From Candidatus Zambryskibacteria bacterium RIFCSPHIGHO2_01_FULL_46_25 (GTDB lineage Bacteria; Patescibacteriota; Minisyncoccia; Phycocordibacterales; Zambryskibacteraceae): a stretch of 64,000 nt of DNA. A model generated the notes under the pieces. The model had not been told where the DNA came from. It ran no database searches and was given only the letters and a program-made list of their open reading frames with translations. Below, piece by piece: positions 41,079 through 49,676 of the stretch (position 1 is the stretch's first letter; every line of letters begins with the position of its first letter). Where the stretch lies: contig MHVH01000005.1 in the NCBI GenBank assembly GCA_001825155.1, positions 3,528 through 67,527 of the forward strand, given 5' to 3'. A program made the position numbers and the translations under genes.

Positions 41079-42220
41079 GAATTTTATTTACCGGCGGAGG
41101 CACAGGAGGACACTTCTACCCGATTATCTCCATTGCCGATGAGCTCAAAGCTCTCGCCAAGGACAAGAGGCTTCTTGAGCTCGAGCTCTTCTACATGTCG
41201 CCTACGCCATATGATGCAGGAACGCTCTTCGAGCACGGCCTCGAATACAGGAAGAATAGCGCCGGCAAATTGCGCCGCTCGAAATCCGGCTTGAACCTTT
41301 TCCGCAATTTCTTCGACTTATTTAAAACAGGGTGGGGGATTATCACGTCGGTTGTGCAGGTCTTCAATCTCTATCCAGACGTGGTCTTTGGCAAGGGCGG
41401 GTACGCGAGTTTCCCGGCGCTTCTGGCGGCAAGAATCTTGCGCATACCGGTCGTCATCCACGAATCCGACAGCGTGCCGGGCAAGGTTAACTTATGGGCG
41501 GGCAAATTCGCCCAAAAGGTCGCCGTTTCCTACAAAGAAGCTGGGCAGTTTTTTCCCCCGGAAAAAACTGCCTATACCGGCCAGCCTGTGCGCCGAGAAA
41601 TCGCTTCGCCGCTTCTCGAGGGAGCGAGAGAATTTCTGGGCCTCAAGGAGGATGTGCCGGTCGTCCTCATCCTTGGTGGCTCTCAAGGCTCGCAGAAAAT
41701 CAATGCCGCCGTTCTCGAAGCTTTGAAAGAACTTTTGGAGAAATACGCCGTCATCCATCAGACGGGAGGCAATAACTTCGCCGAGGTCAAAGCGACAGCC
41801 GAGGCGGTGCTCTACGGCTCAACGCACAAAGACCGCTACAAGCCATTCGATTATCTCAACACTCTGGCCATGCGCATGGCGGCCGGCCTCGCCACCATAG
41901 TGGTTTCCCGCGCCGGCTCCGCCATATTCGAAATTGCTTCGTGGGGCGCGCCATCGATTATCATCCCCATTAACGAGAAGGTGAGCCACGACCAGCACTC
42001 TAACGCCTTCGCCTATGCTCGCTCCGGTGCCTGTACCGTGGTGGAAGAAATTAATCTCTCTCCCAACATCCTCATATCCGAGATCGACAGGCTTATAGGA
42101 GACAAAATACTTACGGAAAACATGAAGGCGGCCGCTAAAGTATTCTACAAACCCGACGCCGCCAAGCTCGTGGCGGAAGAGATACTAAAGATAGCATTGG
42201 AGCATGAGATAGAGAAATAG
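41075..42220 (+). CDS. murG: Undecaprenyl-PP-MurNAc-pentapeptide GlcNAc transferase
   Basis: GGGTGGHFYP, GKGGYAS, GGSQGS and SRAG. Confidence 0.95.
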   Translation: MRILFTGGGTGGHFYPIISIADELKALAKDKRLLELELFYMSPTPYDAGTLFEHGLEYRKNSAGKLRRSKSGLNLFRNFFDLFKTGWGIITSVVQVFNLYPDVVFGKGGYASFPALLAARILRIPVVIHESDSVPGKVNLWAGKFAQKVAVSYKEAGQFFPPEKTAYTGQPVRREIASPLLEGAREFLGLKEDVPVVLILGGSQGSQKINAAVLEALKELLEKYAVIHQTGGNNFAEVKATAEAVLYGSTHKDRYKPFDYLNTLAMRMAAGLATIVVSRAGSAIFEIASWGAPSIIIPINEKVSHDQHSNAFAYARSGACTVVEEINLSPNILISEIDRLIGDKILTENMKAAAKVFYKPDAAKLVAEEILKIALEHEIEK

Positions 42221-42241
42221 ATAAATAAATCCTCCCCCATA

Positions 42242-42673
42242 AATCCCTCCAACCCCCCTTTATCAAGGGAGGTGAATCATGAAATACAATTTTATTCCAT
42301 ATGATAAAAATCTGGTACTCCGGGCCAGAGAATTAAGAAATAATCAAACGGAAGCAGAGAAATACTTTTGGACCAATGTTCTTAAAAGTAAAAAATTCAA
42401 GACTTTCATATTTTTGAGACAAAAACCGGTTGGAAATTTCATTGTCGATTTCTACTGCTCGCGTTTGTTACTCGGCATAGAAATTGACGGCCATATCCAT
42501 GACAAGAATAGGGATAAAGAAAGAGATAATATATTAAAAGAGAAATTCGGGATTACGGTCCTTAGGTATAGAAACGAAGATGTTATGGATAATCCTGAAA
42601 AAATTGTGAAAGACCTATTGCGACAAATGAAAGGTTGATCCCTCCCTTGATAAAGGGAGGGCAGGGAGGGATT
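42242..42673. mobile_element. Candidate DUF559-nuclease element with terminal inverted repeats of about 32 bp
   Basis: The left end is AATCCCTCCAACCCCCCTTTATCAAGGGAGG (42242-42272). The reverse complement of the right end is AATCCCTCCCTGCCCTCCCTTTATCAAGGGAGG (42641-42673). The interior is AT-rich. Confidence 0.65.
42279..42638 (+). CDS. DUF559 / Vsr-like endonuclease domain protein
   Basis: ARELRNNQTEAE..W, FLRQKP..FIVDFYC, IEIDG.IH, D.ERD and VLRY.N. Confidence 0.9.
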   Translation: MKYNFIPYDKNLVLRARELRNNQTEAEKYFWTNVLKSKKFKTFIFLRQKPVGNFIVDFYCSRLLLGIEIDGHIHDKNRDKERDNILKEKFGITVLRYRNEDVMDNPEKIVKDLLRQMKG

Positions 42674-42689
42674 GTGTTAAAATGAGCCC

Positions 42690-43913
42690 ATGCAACAGAA
42701 AACTAGTGAAAAAGTGGTAGTCCGTATCCCGCCGTCGCCAACGGGCTTTTTCCACATTGGCCGAGCGCGTATGGCGTTGTTTAATTATCTCTTTGCCAAA
42801 AAACATGGCGGAGAAATCGTTTTTCGACTTGAGGACACAGACAAGGAGCGTTCCAAAAAAGAATTTGAAGAAGACATTATCGAATCGTTAAAATGGCTCG
42901 GCATTTCGTATGACCAAGGTCCATTCAGACAGTCGGAGAGGGGAGAGATATACAAAAAATATATTCAGAAGATGCTCGATAACGGCACGGCCTATGTTTC
43001 GCACGAGACGGAAGGGGAAAACAAGGAAGTCATCAGATTCAAGAATCCAAACAAGACCGTAACTTTTTCCGATGAGATACGAGGCGAAATATCTTTCGAT
43101 ACGACCGAACTGAAAGATTTTGTAGTGGCAAGAAATATAGATGATCCTTTGTATCACCTAACGGTTGTTATAGATGACCATGAGTCAGGTATTACGCATG
43201 TTATACGCGGAGAGGACCATATCTCCAACACTCCTCGTCAGATTCTTCTACAAGAAGCGATTGGCGCGAATAGGCCTGTGTATGCTCACCTACCCATGAT
43301 TCTTGCCCCCGACAGGTCGAAGATGTCTGCGAGGCATGGGGCCGTGTCCGTTCGCGAATACCGTGCCATGGGTTATTTGCCTCATGCCTTCAACAATTAC
43401 CTCGCGTTACTCGGCTGGAATCCGGGTACGGAGCAGGAAATATTTACCATGGAGGAGCTTATCGAGCAGTTCGATTTGAAAAAAATTCAGAAAGGCGGGG
43501 CCATATTTGACCAAAAAAAGCTCGACTGGGTAAACAAAGAGCATATCAAACTTCTGCCCGAAGCCGAGCAGAAAAAATTATTGTTGAAAAGCATCGAAAA
43601 CGAACCCTACATGACGGGTGAGCCAGAGCTTGATGTGGAGAAAATTTGCTGGAGGTATATAAATCAGGGAGAAACCATACGTCATTTAGAAAAAGTTAAG
43701 GAGCTTCTGAAAGAAGAATGGACTATATATAAAAGAGAAATAATGGCTTATTCAGAACAAGAGGGAAGAGGCAACGTTCTCTGGCCCGTGCGCTACGCGC
43801 TTACCGGTGCAGAAGCTTCCCCGGACCCGTTTATCATGCTGGAATTCCTGGGCAAAGAGAAGTCCCTTAAGCGTATCGAAAAAGCTATAATGGCTCTAAA
43901 GAATGCCAAATAG
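42690..43913 (+). CDS. gltX: Glutamate--tRNA ligase (compact)
   Basis: PSPTGFFHIG, RLEDTD, ITHVIRGEDH and KMSAR. Confidence 0.95.
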   Translation: MQQKTSEKVVVRIPPSPTGFFHIGRARMALFNYLFAKKHGGEIVFRLEDTDKERSKKEFEEDIIESLKWLGISYDQGPFRQSERGEIYKKYIQKMLDNGTAYVSHETEGENKEVIRFKNPNKTVTFSDEIRGEISFDTTELKDFVVARNIDDPLYHLTVVIDDHESGITHVIRGEDHISNTPRQILLQEAIGANRPVYAHLPMILAPDRSKMSARHGAVSVREYRAMGYLPHAFNNYLALLGWNPGTEQEIFTMEELIEQFDLKKIQKGGAIFDQKKLDWVNKEHIKLLPEAEQKKLLLKSIENEPYMTGEPELDVEKICWRYINQGETIRHLEKVKELLKEEWTIYKREIMAYSEQEGRGNVLWPVRYALTGAEASPDPFIMLEFLGKEKSLKRIEKAIMALKNAK

Positions 43914-45192
43914 ATTTTTCATTGTTTTATTTGTGTTCTGTGTTCTGGGTTTTTCATCTCTTGCTCTAGCGGTTAGTCCGGCCGAGCTATCGACGCAGAT
44001 TGAGAGCGTGCGCCGCGAGCGTGAGGCTCTGGTCGAAGAGCAGACACGCCTGCAGGCGGAACTTGAGGCGATCAATCGTGAGAGCCAGTCGCTTGGTACG
44101 GCGGTCAAGTCTCTTGACGCCACAAAGAAGAAGATTGCCGCCGACATCAAGGTAACGCAGTCGAAAATTTCTTCCACCGACCTATCCATTCGCTCGCTTG
44201 AGAACAATATGGCGGACAAGGAGGAGAAGATTGGCGCGCATGAGAAGGCGATTGCTCTTGCTCTGCAATCCGTCTCGATTTACGATACGCGTCCACTCTG
44301 GGTTGATATGCTTGCCGCAACGAGTTTCTCGGATGCGTGGCGGGACAGGACTCAGCTTGAAGGCTTGAGTGCTTCTCTCAATGATGAAGTGACGAGCCTG
44401 AGAGAAACGAAAAATATTTTAAGCGAAGAGAAGAAGAAAAAGGAGGCCGCGAAGAAGCAGATTGTCTCGCTCCAAGGAGAGCTTACCGGACAGAAGACCG
44501 TTGTCGAAGAAAGCCAGAAAGCGAAGGAACGCTTGCTCGCCGAGACCAAGAACAAGGAAGCGGTTTACCAGCAGATGATCAAGGAGAATCTCGAGAGGCA
44601 GGCGCGGTTCGAGAAGGATATCTATGAACTCGAGTCCCAGCTCAAAATAGCTCTCGACCCATCACTCATCCCTGACCAACGGCACGGCTTGCTCTCCTGG
44701 CCTCTGGACAAAATTTTTGTCACCAACTTTTTCGGCAAAGTAAGCGGTGCCGCGCTTCGTATCTATGCCTCCGGCTCGCACAATGGCGTGGATTTGCGCG
44801 CTTCCCAAGGTACGAGAGTCTTGGCGATGCTTGGTGGGGTAGTAGAGGGCACCGGTAATACCGACAACCAAAGAGGTTGTTATTCTTACGGTCGCTGGGT
44901 GCTTATAAAACACGGCAACGGTCTCACTTCGATTTATGCGCACCTCTCGGCCTCTCTCGTCTCAACCGGGCAAGAGATTAAAACTGGACAGCTTATAGGC
45001 TACTCCGGCGGCACGCCGCGCACCTCTGGTGCCGGCTACTCGACCGGTCCGCATCTCCATGTTGGTCTCTTCGCGAGCCAGGGAGTCTCAGTGCGCCAAT
45101 TTACTCAGAGCATTGGTTGCAAGCAGATTGTCCTGCCCATCGCCGACATCAAGGCCTATCTCGACCCCCTTGCGTATCTGCCTTCTCTCTAA
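43903..45192 (+). CDS. Coiled-coil + M23 peptidase (EnvC/MepM-like)
   Basis: Signal peptide, a long coiled coil, HNGVD, YAHL and STGPHLH. Confidence 0.9.
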   Translation: MPNRFFIVLFVFCVLGFSSLALAVSPAELSTQIESVRREREALVEEQTRLQAELEAINRESQSLGTAVKSLDATKKKIAADIKVTQSKISSTDLSIRSLENNMADKEEKIGAHEKAIALALQSVSIYDTRPLWVDMLAATSFSDAWRDRTQLEGLSASLNDEVTSLRETKNILSEEKKKKEAAKKQIVSLQGELTGQKTVVEESQKAKERLLAETKNKEAVYQQMIKENLERQARFEKDIYELESQLKIALDPSLIPDQRHGLLSWPLDKIFVTNFFGKVSGAALRIYASGSHNGVDLRASQGTRVLAMLGGVVEGTGNTDNQRGCYSYGRWVLIKHGNGLTSIYAHLSASLVSTGQEIKTGQLIGYSGGTPRTSGAGYSTGPHLHVGLFASQGVSVRQFTQSIGCKQIVLPIADIKAYLDPLAYLPSL

Positions 45193-45204
45193 TATGCTTA
45201 ATTT

Positions 45205-45483
45205 ATGAGTAAGAAAAAAGGATTCATTTCGACACTCCTCATCATCATAGCGGCTTTGGCGGCGCTAAAATATTTTTTGAACTGGTCCATCTTCGACGCG
45301 GCGGCTTCCGACCAGGGGCAGGGGACTATCGCTTATGTCAGAGATGTCTTGAACACGGTTTGGGCTTACATTGGTTCTCCGGTTACTTACGCTTGGTATG
45401 AAGTGGTGGTACCTCTCTTCAGCTTCGCCTTCGATTCCCTAAGGCAGCTCATAGGAGAAGGAAGAAGCGCTCTAGGACAATAA
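45205..45483 (+). CDS. Small membrane protein with a prepilin-like N-terminus
   Basis: MSKKKG|FISTLLIII, a basic leader followed by GF and a hydrophobic stretch. Confidence 0.55.
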   Translation: MSKKKGFISTLLIIIAALAALKYFLNWSIFDAAASDQGQGTIAYVRDVLNTVWAYIGSPVTYAWYEVVVPLFSFAFDSLRQLIGEGRSALGQ

Positions 45484-45489
45484 CTTATT

Positions 45490-45606
45490 ATGCTGAAGCC
45501 TTTTAAAATAATTTTATTCTTTTTTCTTGCAGTCATATATGTTCCGGCGTATTTGCTTATGCAGTTCACTTTCTCATGGTGGTCTGGACTTCTGGGAGGG
45601 GATTGA
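45490..45606 (+). CDS. Putative 38-aa membrane peptide
   Basis: MLKPFKIILFFFLAVIYVPAYLLMQFTFSWWSGLLGGD, starting just after the previous stop. Confidence 0.4.
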   Translation: MLKPFKIILFFFLAVIYVPAYLLMQFTFSWWSGLLGGD

Positions 45607-45692
45607 AGCGAATACTTGGAGCTTCAATCGGCCGGAAGCTGACGAGCTGAGGCGGGGTCGCGGAAATTTCTAGCAAGAAATTATCCGTGACT
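45601..45692. repeat. Structured multi-hairpin element, copy 1
   Basis: Shares the linkers GGCCGGAA, GAGGCGGGGTCGCG and CGTGACT, and covarying stems, with 47622-47718. Confidence 0.75.
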
Positions 45693-45757
45693 TGATTTTA
45701 ATAATAGAAAGGGCCGGCAGCGCATGCGCTGCCGGCCCTCGTTCGTTCGAAACCGCA

Positions 45758-46474
45758 CTACACGGAGAACTGGTGCGCCTTGATCTCCTCCTCGACGGCG
45801 GCCACTGCTGTCTTGGACCACATGCCCAACTCGCCGTACGCGTACGTGATGTCGAGGAGGTTGTAGACGACCACGATCTTCTGGAAGCCTGCCGCAGTCA
45901 GGCGTGGCACGGCACCCTGCTGGCGATCGATCCAGATGAGGCATGGCATCTCGTGCCCGGGGTAGCCGTCTTCGATACCTCGCTCCGCTGCGACGACTTT
46001 CGAACGTCCGTCGGTCACGACGTTATCGATCCACCAGTACTGATGGCGGGCCAGGTCCGGCCGACCGTTGATCCAGACTTTTTTGTGCGCGCCGTGCTGC
46101 TTCGGCTGCTCGCGCATCACTCGGTGCCCGATCGGCTGCGCCGTCCACGCCATCTCTTTCAGGAGGCTGAGGCTGCTAAGGGAGGCCGCCTGGGCGAGGG
46201 TGTTGCCGGCCACCGGCACGCCGATGAGACATTGCTGGCGGCTCTCATCGAGGTCGGTGTTGTCGTAGACGACCCGCGCCAGCTTCAGGCCGATGAGGCT
46301 CGCCAGCTGAGGGTTGTCGGTGAGATCTTCGCGACCGAAGACGTAGACGTGCGACATGATGCCGGATGCGAGCTTGAACGGCTCATCGCTGCGTCGCACG
46401 AATCCGCACTTACTCATCATGGCGAGGATGTCAAGATCCTCATTGGTATACTTAGCGCCGGATGGGACTTGCAT
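45758..46474 (-). CDS. pyrE: Orotate phosphoribosyltransferase-like protein
   Basis: FKLASG..S..Y, REQPKQHG and a PRPP-loop variant WIDNVVTDGRS. It is next to pyrF. Confidence 0.8.
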   Translation of the reverse strand: MQVPSGAKYTNEDLDILAMMSKCGFVRRSDEPFKLASGIMSHVYVFGREDLTDNPQLASLIGLKLARVVYDNTDLDESRQQCLIGVPVAGNTLAQAASLSSLSLLKEMAWTAQPIGHRVMREQPKQHGAHKKVWINGRPDLARHQYWWIDNVVTDGRSKVVAAERGIEDGYPGHEMPCLIWIDRQQGAVPRLTAAGFQKIVVVYNLLDITYAYGELGMWSKTAVAAVEEEIKAHQFSV

Positions 46475-46597
46475 GACAGATCTCCTCTCGAAACAGGATT
46501 AAACGATACGATCTAGGGCTAGACTATCAGATAAGGAAGGGAAGTCAAAAGGGCCGACAGCTACGCTGCCGGCCCTCGATTGTTGTTCTTGCTCGTT

Positions 46598-47503
46598 CTA
46601 CGCTGCCACGAGATAGTAGGGGATGTAGAGGTTGATCTCGTCGCGCGTCTTCTTCGCCGCAGCTCCCGGATCATCCGCGAAGATGATGCCGGAAGACGAG
46701 TTGATGGCGATGGAGCCTGCACCCATGTAGGCGGCCTTGACGGTTTCCTCGACGAAGCCGCTCTGTGTGCCAATGCCGGGGATGAGGAACCACAACTGGT
46801 TGCCGACGATTTCACGCCCCTTGACGAGATGTCGCGAGTAGATCGGTTCCGATGTGTACGGGCTCTTGTGTGCGGCGCCCATGACCACGCCGGCGTTCTC
46901 GAGAACGCCAAACTCGGTCGACCAGTCGAGGATGTCCCGAACCATCGCTTCCCAGACTATGCGCACGTCGGCAAGCAGTCGGTCTTGAACTCGCCACGCC
47001 GCAGGATTGCTGGTGCGGCCGAGGCCGACCAGCGCCCGGCCGGGGTACTTCGGGTCCACAAGGGCCTTGAGCGTGTCGGAGCCCATGTAACCGTTGTAGT
47101 TCATCCCGTCGACGCCGTCGAGAAGGAAGTGAGCGTCACGGTACTGACGCTGGGTGCGGTCGATGTCACCGCGCTTGCAGTCGAGGAAGACGGGGATGTC
47201 CGGGTACTTCTCGTGGATGTAGGCGACGATGGAGCGGAGTGCTTCCGCTCCTCCCACCAGTGCCTCCCAGTGGGCGCGCTGAGGCTTGAACATGCTGGCG
47301 TAGAGAGCGGTCGCATCGACGACACCCTTCATCCAGTAGAGCACCACGGTGCCTTGCAACTCCTCCGTGATGTCTTCCCAGGTACGGCAGCCGAAGTGGT
47401 CCAGAACTGTCTGGGGCACCTTCTCGAGAAGTGGGTCGAGGCCGACGCAGAGGAGGCTGTTGACGGCGATTTGACGAGCGGTCAGTGCGGCACGGAAGTT
47501 CAT
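46598..47503 (-). CDS. pyrF: Orotidine-5'-phosphate decarboxylase
   Basis: LCVGLDP, FKPQ, LDCKRGDI, RTSNP, GVVMGA, LIPGIGTQ and INSSSGIIFA. Confidence 0.92.
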   Translation of the reverse strand: MNFRAALTARQIAVNSLLCVGLDPLLEKVPQTVLDHFGCRTWEDITEELQGTVVLYWMKGVVDATALYASMFKPQRAHWEALVGGAEALRSIVAYIHEKYPDIPVFLDCKRGDIDRTQRQYRDAHFLLDGVDGMNYNGYMGSDTLKALVDPKYPGRALVGLGRTSNPAAWRVQDRLLADVRIVWEAMVRDILDWSTEFGVLENAGVVMGAAHKSPYTSEPIYSRHLVKGREIVGNQLWFLIPGIGTQSGFVEETVKAAYMGAGSIAINSSSGIIFADDPGAAAKKTRDEINLYIPYYLVAA

Positions 47504-47621
47504 ATCTAGGCTCCTTATTGATTGTGTGCGTTTCCTGCCCGCTACATTAGCAGAATGGACGAAAATAGGGAAGTGTGGTGCTTTTCGAAAAATGGGCATA
47601 TTCCCCTACCGCTGCGGTGGG

Positions 47622-47718
47622 GGAGAGGAGCGAGTGCTCGCAGCTCCTCTCGGCCGGAACTCACGCCGGTGAGTGAGGCGGGGTCGCGCAAAAACTCAGC
47701 AGAGTTTTATGCGTGACT
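47622..47718. repeat. Structured multi-hairpin element, copy 2
   Basis: Same architecture as 45601-45692, with compensatory stem changes. Confidence 0.75.
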
Positions 47719-47782
47719 AGTGCAAAAGAGCGCATATGGTGTAATTCGCCAAGCTTTATCCAAAAGCCTTCTTATCCCCATA

Positions 47783-47810
47783 AGTTCGTTTTACATATAT
47801 TGTGCGAACC
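47783..47810 (-). other. Candidate dif-like Xer recombination site
   Basis: The minus strand reads GGTTCGCACAA-TATATG-TAAAACGAACT (11-6-11). The left arm matches the E. coli dif XerC arm GGTGCGCATAA at 9/11. It lies 15 bp before the recombinase ATG. Confidence 0.55.
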
Positions 47811-47825
47811 TATACAATATAGAAT

Positions 47826-48788
47826 ATGAGCCGTCCCCTGCCAATAAAAGACTACATCCTCCCCTTCCTCGATTACTGCGAGATTGAAAAAGGTTTGTCG
47901 AACAATACGCAGAAAAATTATAAGCAGTATCTCCTACTCTTCATTCGCTGGCTCGAAAAAATTAGCGAATCGGATTTAAAGCCCGAGGACCTTACCCCCA
48001 AGCATATCTGGGATTATCGGCTCTATCTGGCTCGCGGCTATAAGGCTCCAGGAGGCTCGTTTCTCGGTAAGAAGAGCCAAAACTATTACCTCATAGCGGT
48101 TAGAAGCCTTTTAAACTATTTTGCCGAACATGATATCGTTTCGCTCCCCTCTTCGAAAATAAAATTGGCGAAGCAGAAATCTGAGGAAACAATTTCTTTT
48201 CTCGACACGAGCGACGTGGAGAAAATGCTCAAGATTCCGGACGTCTCAACTTTGGGCGGTTTGCGCGACAGGGCTATAATGGAACTCTTTTTCTCATCCG
48301 GAATGCGCATCTCCGAGCTTGTGGCTTTAAACGCCGATCAACTCTCCTTTCTCTCCGACAAGAAGACTGACAAGACCTATGAGCTCTCAATCATAGGCAA
48401 AGGCAAACACATGAGAACCATCTTCATCTCTCCTCGCGCGGCCGGGTGGCTAAGACAGTATCTTAATAAGCGTCACGACGTGCATAAGCCACTATTCCTT
48501 AACTCGCGACCGGATGATGAGGACAACAATCGCCTCTCTCCCCGCTCGATACAGAAAATGATTTCGCGTTGCGCCATGCTCGCCGGACTTTCTAAAAAAG
48601 TTACGCCTCACACTCTGCGTCATAGCTATGCGACTGATCTACTCTCCCACGGAGCGGACCTCCGAAGCGTCCAGGAGCTTTTGGGTCACAAGAATGTGGC
48701 CACCACTCAGATATATACCCACGTTACCAACAAACAACTCCGCGATATCCACGAGAAGTTCCATGGTGGACAAGATATGAAGAAATAA
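47826..48788 (+). CDS. Xer-type tyrosine recombinase
   Basis: RDRAIMELFFSSGMRISEL, IGKG, TPHTLRHSYAT and VQELLGH..TTQIYTHV. Confidence 0.93.
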   Translation: MSRPLPIKDYILPFLDYCEIEKGLSNNTQKNYKQYLLLFIRWLEKISESDLKPEDLTPKHIWDYRLYLARGYKAPGGSFLGKKSQNYYLIAVRSLLNYFAEHDIVSLPSSKIKLAKQKSEETISFLDTSDVEKMLKIPDVSTLGGLRDRAIMELFFSSGMRISELVALNADQLSFLSDKKTDKTYELSIIGKGKHMRTIFISPRAAGWLRQYLNKRHDVHKPLFLNSRPDDEDNNRLSPRSIQKMISRCAMLAGLSKKVTPHTLRHSYATDLLSHGADLRSVQELLGHKNVATTQIYTHVTNKQLRDIHEKFHGGQDMKK

Positions 48789-48991
48789 AGCCCGCCCGCC
48801 GAGCGCAATGCTCGGCGGGCGGTAATCGTGATGCCATGACATAAATGTCTCAAAGTTTTACTTTGATTTCGGTCAGCGCATGTGTCTTCCTCCATTTACC
48901 AGATTATCCTGATTTGAACCGATTGTCCAGAAATTCTAAAACAACAAACCCCGCCGGATTGGCGGGGTTTGTTGTTCCGCCAGTTGGCGGA

Positions 48992-49498
48992 TTATTTCTT
49001 AGCGACTTCGTCCGACTCGCTAAATTTGCCAACGGCAAATTTAGACCAGCAGGCCGAGGACGACATCCAGGGCTTGGCGCCTTGCTTCTCGTAGAGATAG
49101 CGGGCGTAGGCCACGTTGTCATCAATGTTGTGTAGGTCGAGACCTAGCTTTACGGCATCCTTCTCGTGATAAAGGAGGTTAATTTGCATTACCCCTCTGT
49201 CATAGGTGTTCTTCTCGCCGCGGAGCACCTCTCCCTTGGAGTTGTAGTGCCTGTTGCGGGATTCGCACTTGCCGATCTTGGCGAGAATTGGAGTGGCCGC
49301 GAAGTAATCGTTAAGGAATTTCTCAACGTTCTTCGGATCAGTAAGCGGCATATAGTCTTCTGATTTGACCTCAAGAGAGATCTGCTGAACTTCGATTCCA
49401 TTGTCAGTAGCAGTCACCGGAGATGTAATCGCCGGGAGGACTGACAGAGCGCCGGAAGAAAAAGTCATGAGAAGACTAATGGTAGTAAGCTGAATAAT
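48992..49498 (-). CDS. Secreted lytic transglycosylase-like (lysozyme fold) protein
   Basis: CES, GVMQIN and NVAYARYLY..G..PW. The first ATG is at 49468, but the hydrophobic leader extends to ATT codons at 49495/49498. Confidence 0.75.
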   Translation of the reverse strand: MIQLTTISLLMTFSSGALSVLPAITSPVTATDNGIEVQQISLEVKSEDYMPLTDPKNVEKFLNDYFAATPILAKIGKCESRNRHYNSKGEVLRGEKNTYDRGVMQINLLYHEKDAVKLGLDLHNIDDNVAYARYLYEKQGAKPWMSSSACWSKFAVGKFSESDEVAKK

Positions 49499-49604
49499 AA
49501 CAGTAGGATAAATTGGTAATCTTGAGTGGCAGTTTCCGTGAGGTCCCTAGAGACCCGCTCTCTCAAGCGAAAAGCCAGCTCTTCGCTGACTTACCTACAT
49601 ACTA

Positions 49605-49628
49605 GCATACTTCAATCTTGCTGTCAAG
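49605..49628 (-). promoter_or_regulatory. Sigma-70 promoter upstream of the transglycosylase leader (approximate bounds)
   Basis: TTGACA-17 nt-TAGTAT with an extended TG on the minus strand. Confidence 0.6.
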
Positions 49629-49676
49629 CATTTTGTGTGGTCCAGTATATAATAAGTGGCTCTGTTAAGCCATATA

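Noticed and set aside
45638-45667. Hammerhead ribozyme core (CTGACGA...GAAA) in the structured element
   Set aside because: Stem II does not close properly, and the motif is absent from the second copy at 47622-47718.
45692-47509. Long plus-strand ORFs of 274 and 309 aa
   Set aside because: They are antisense shadows of the GC-rich pyrE and pyrF genes and have no recognisable motifs.
47826-49498. Prophage (integrase plus lysozyme-like gene)
   Set aside because: The recombinase looks like a chromosomal Xer, and no structural, terminase or phage replication genes are present.
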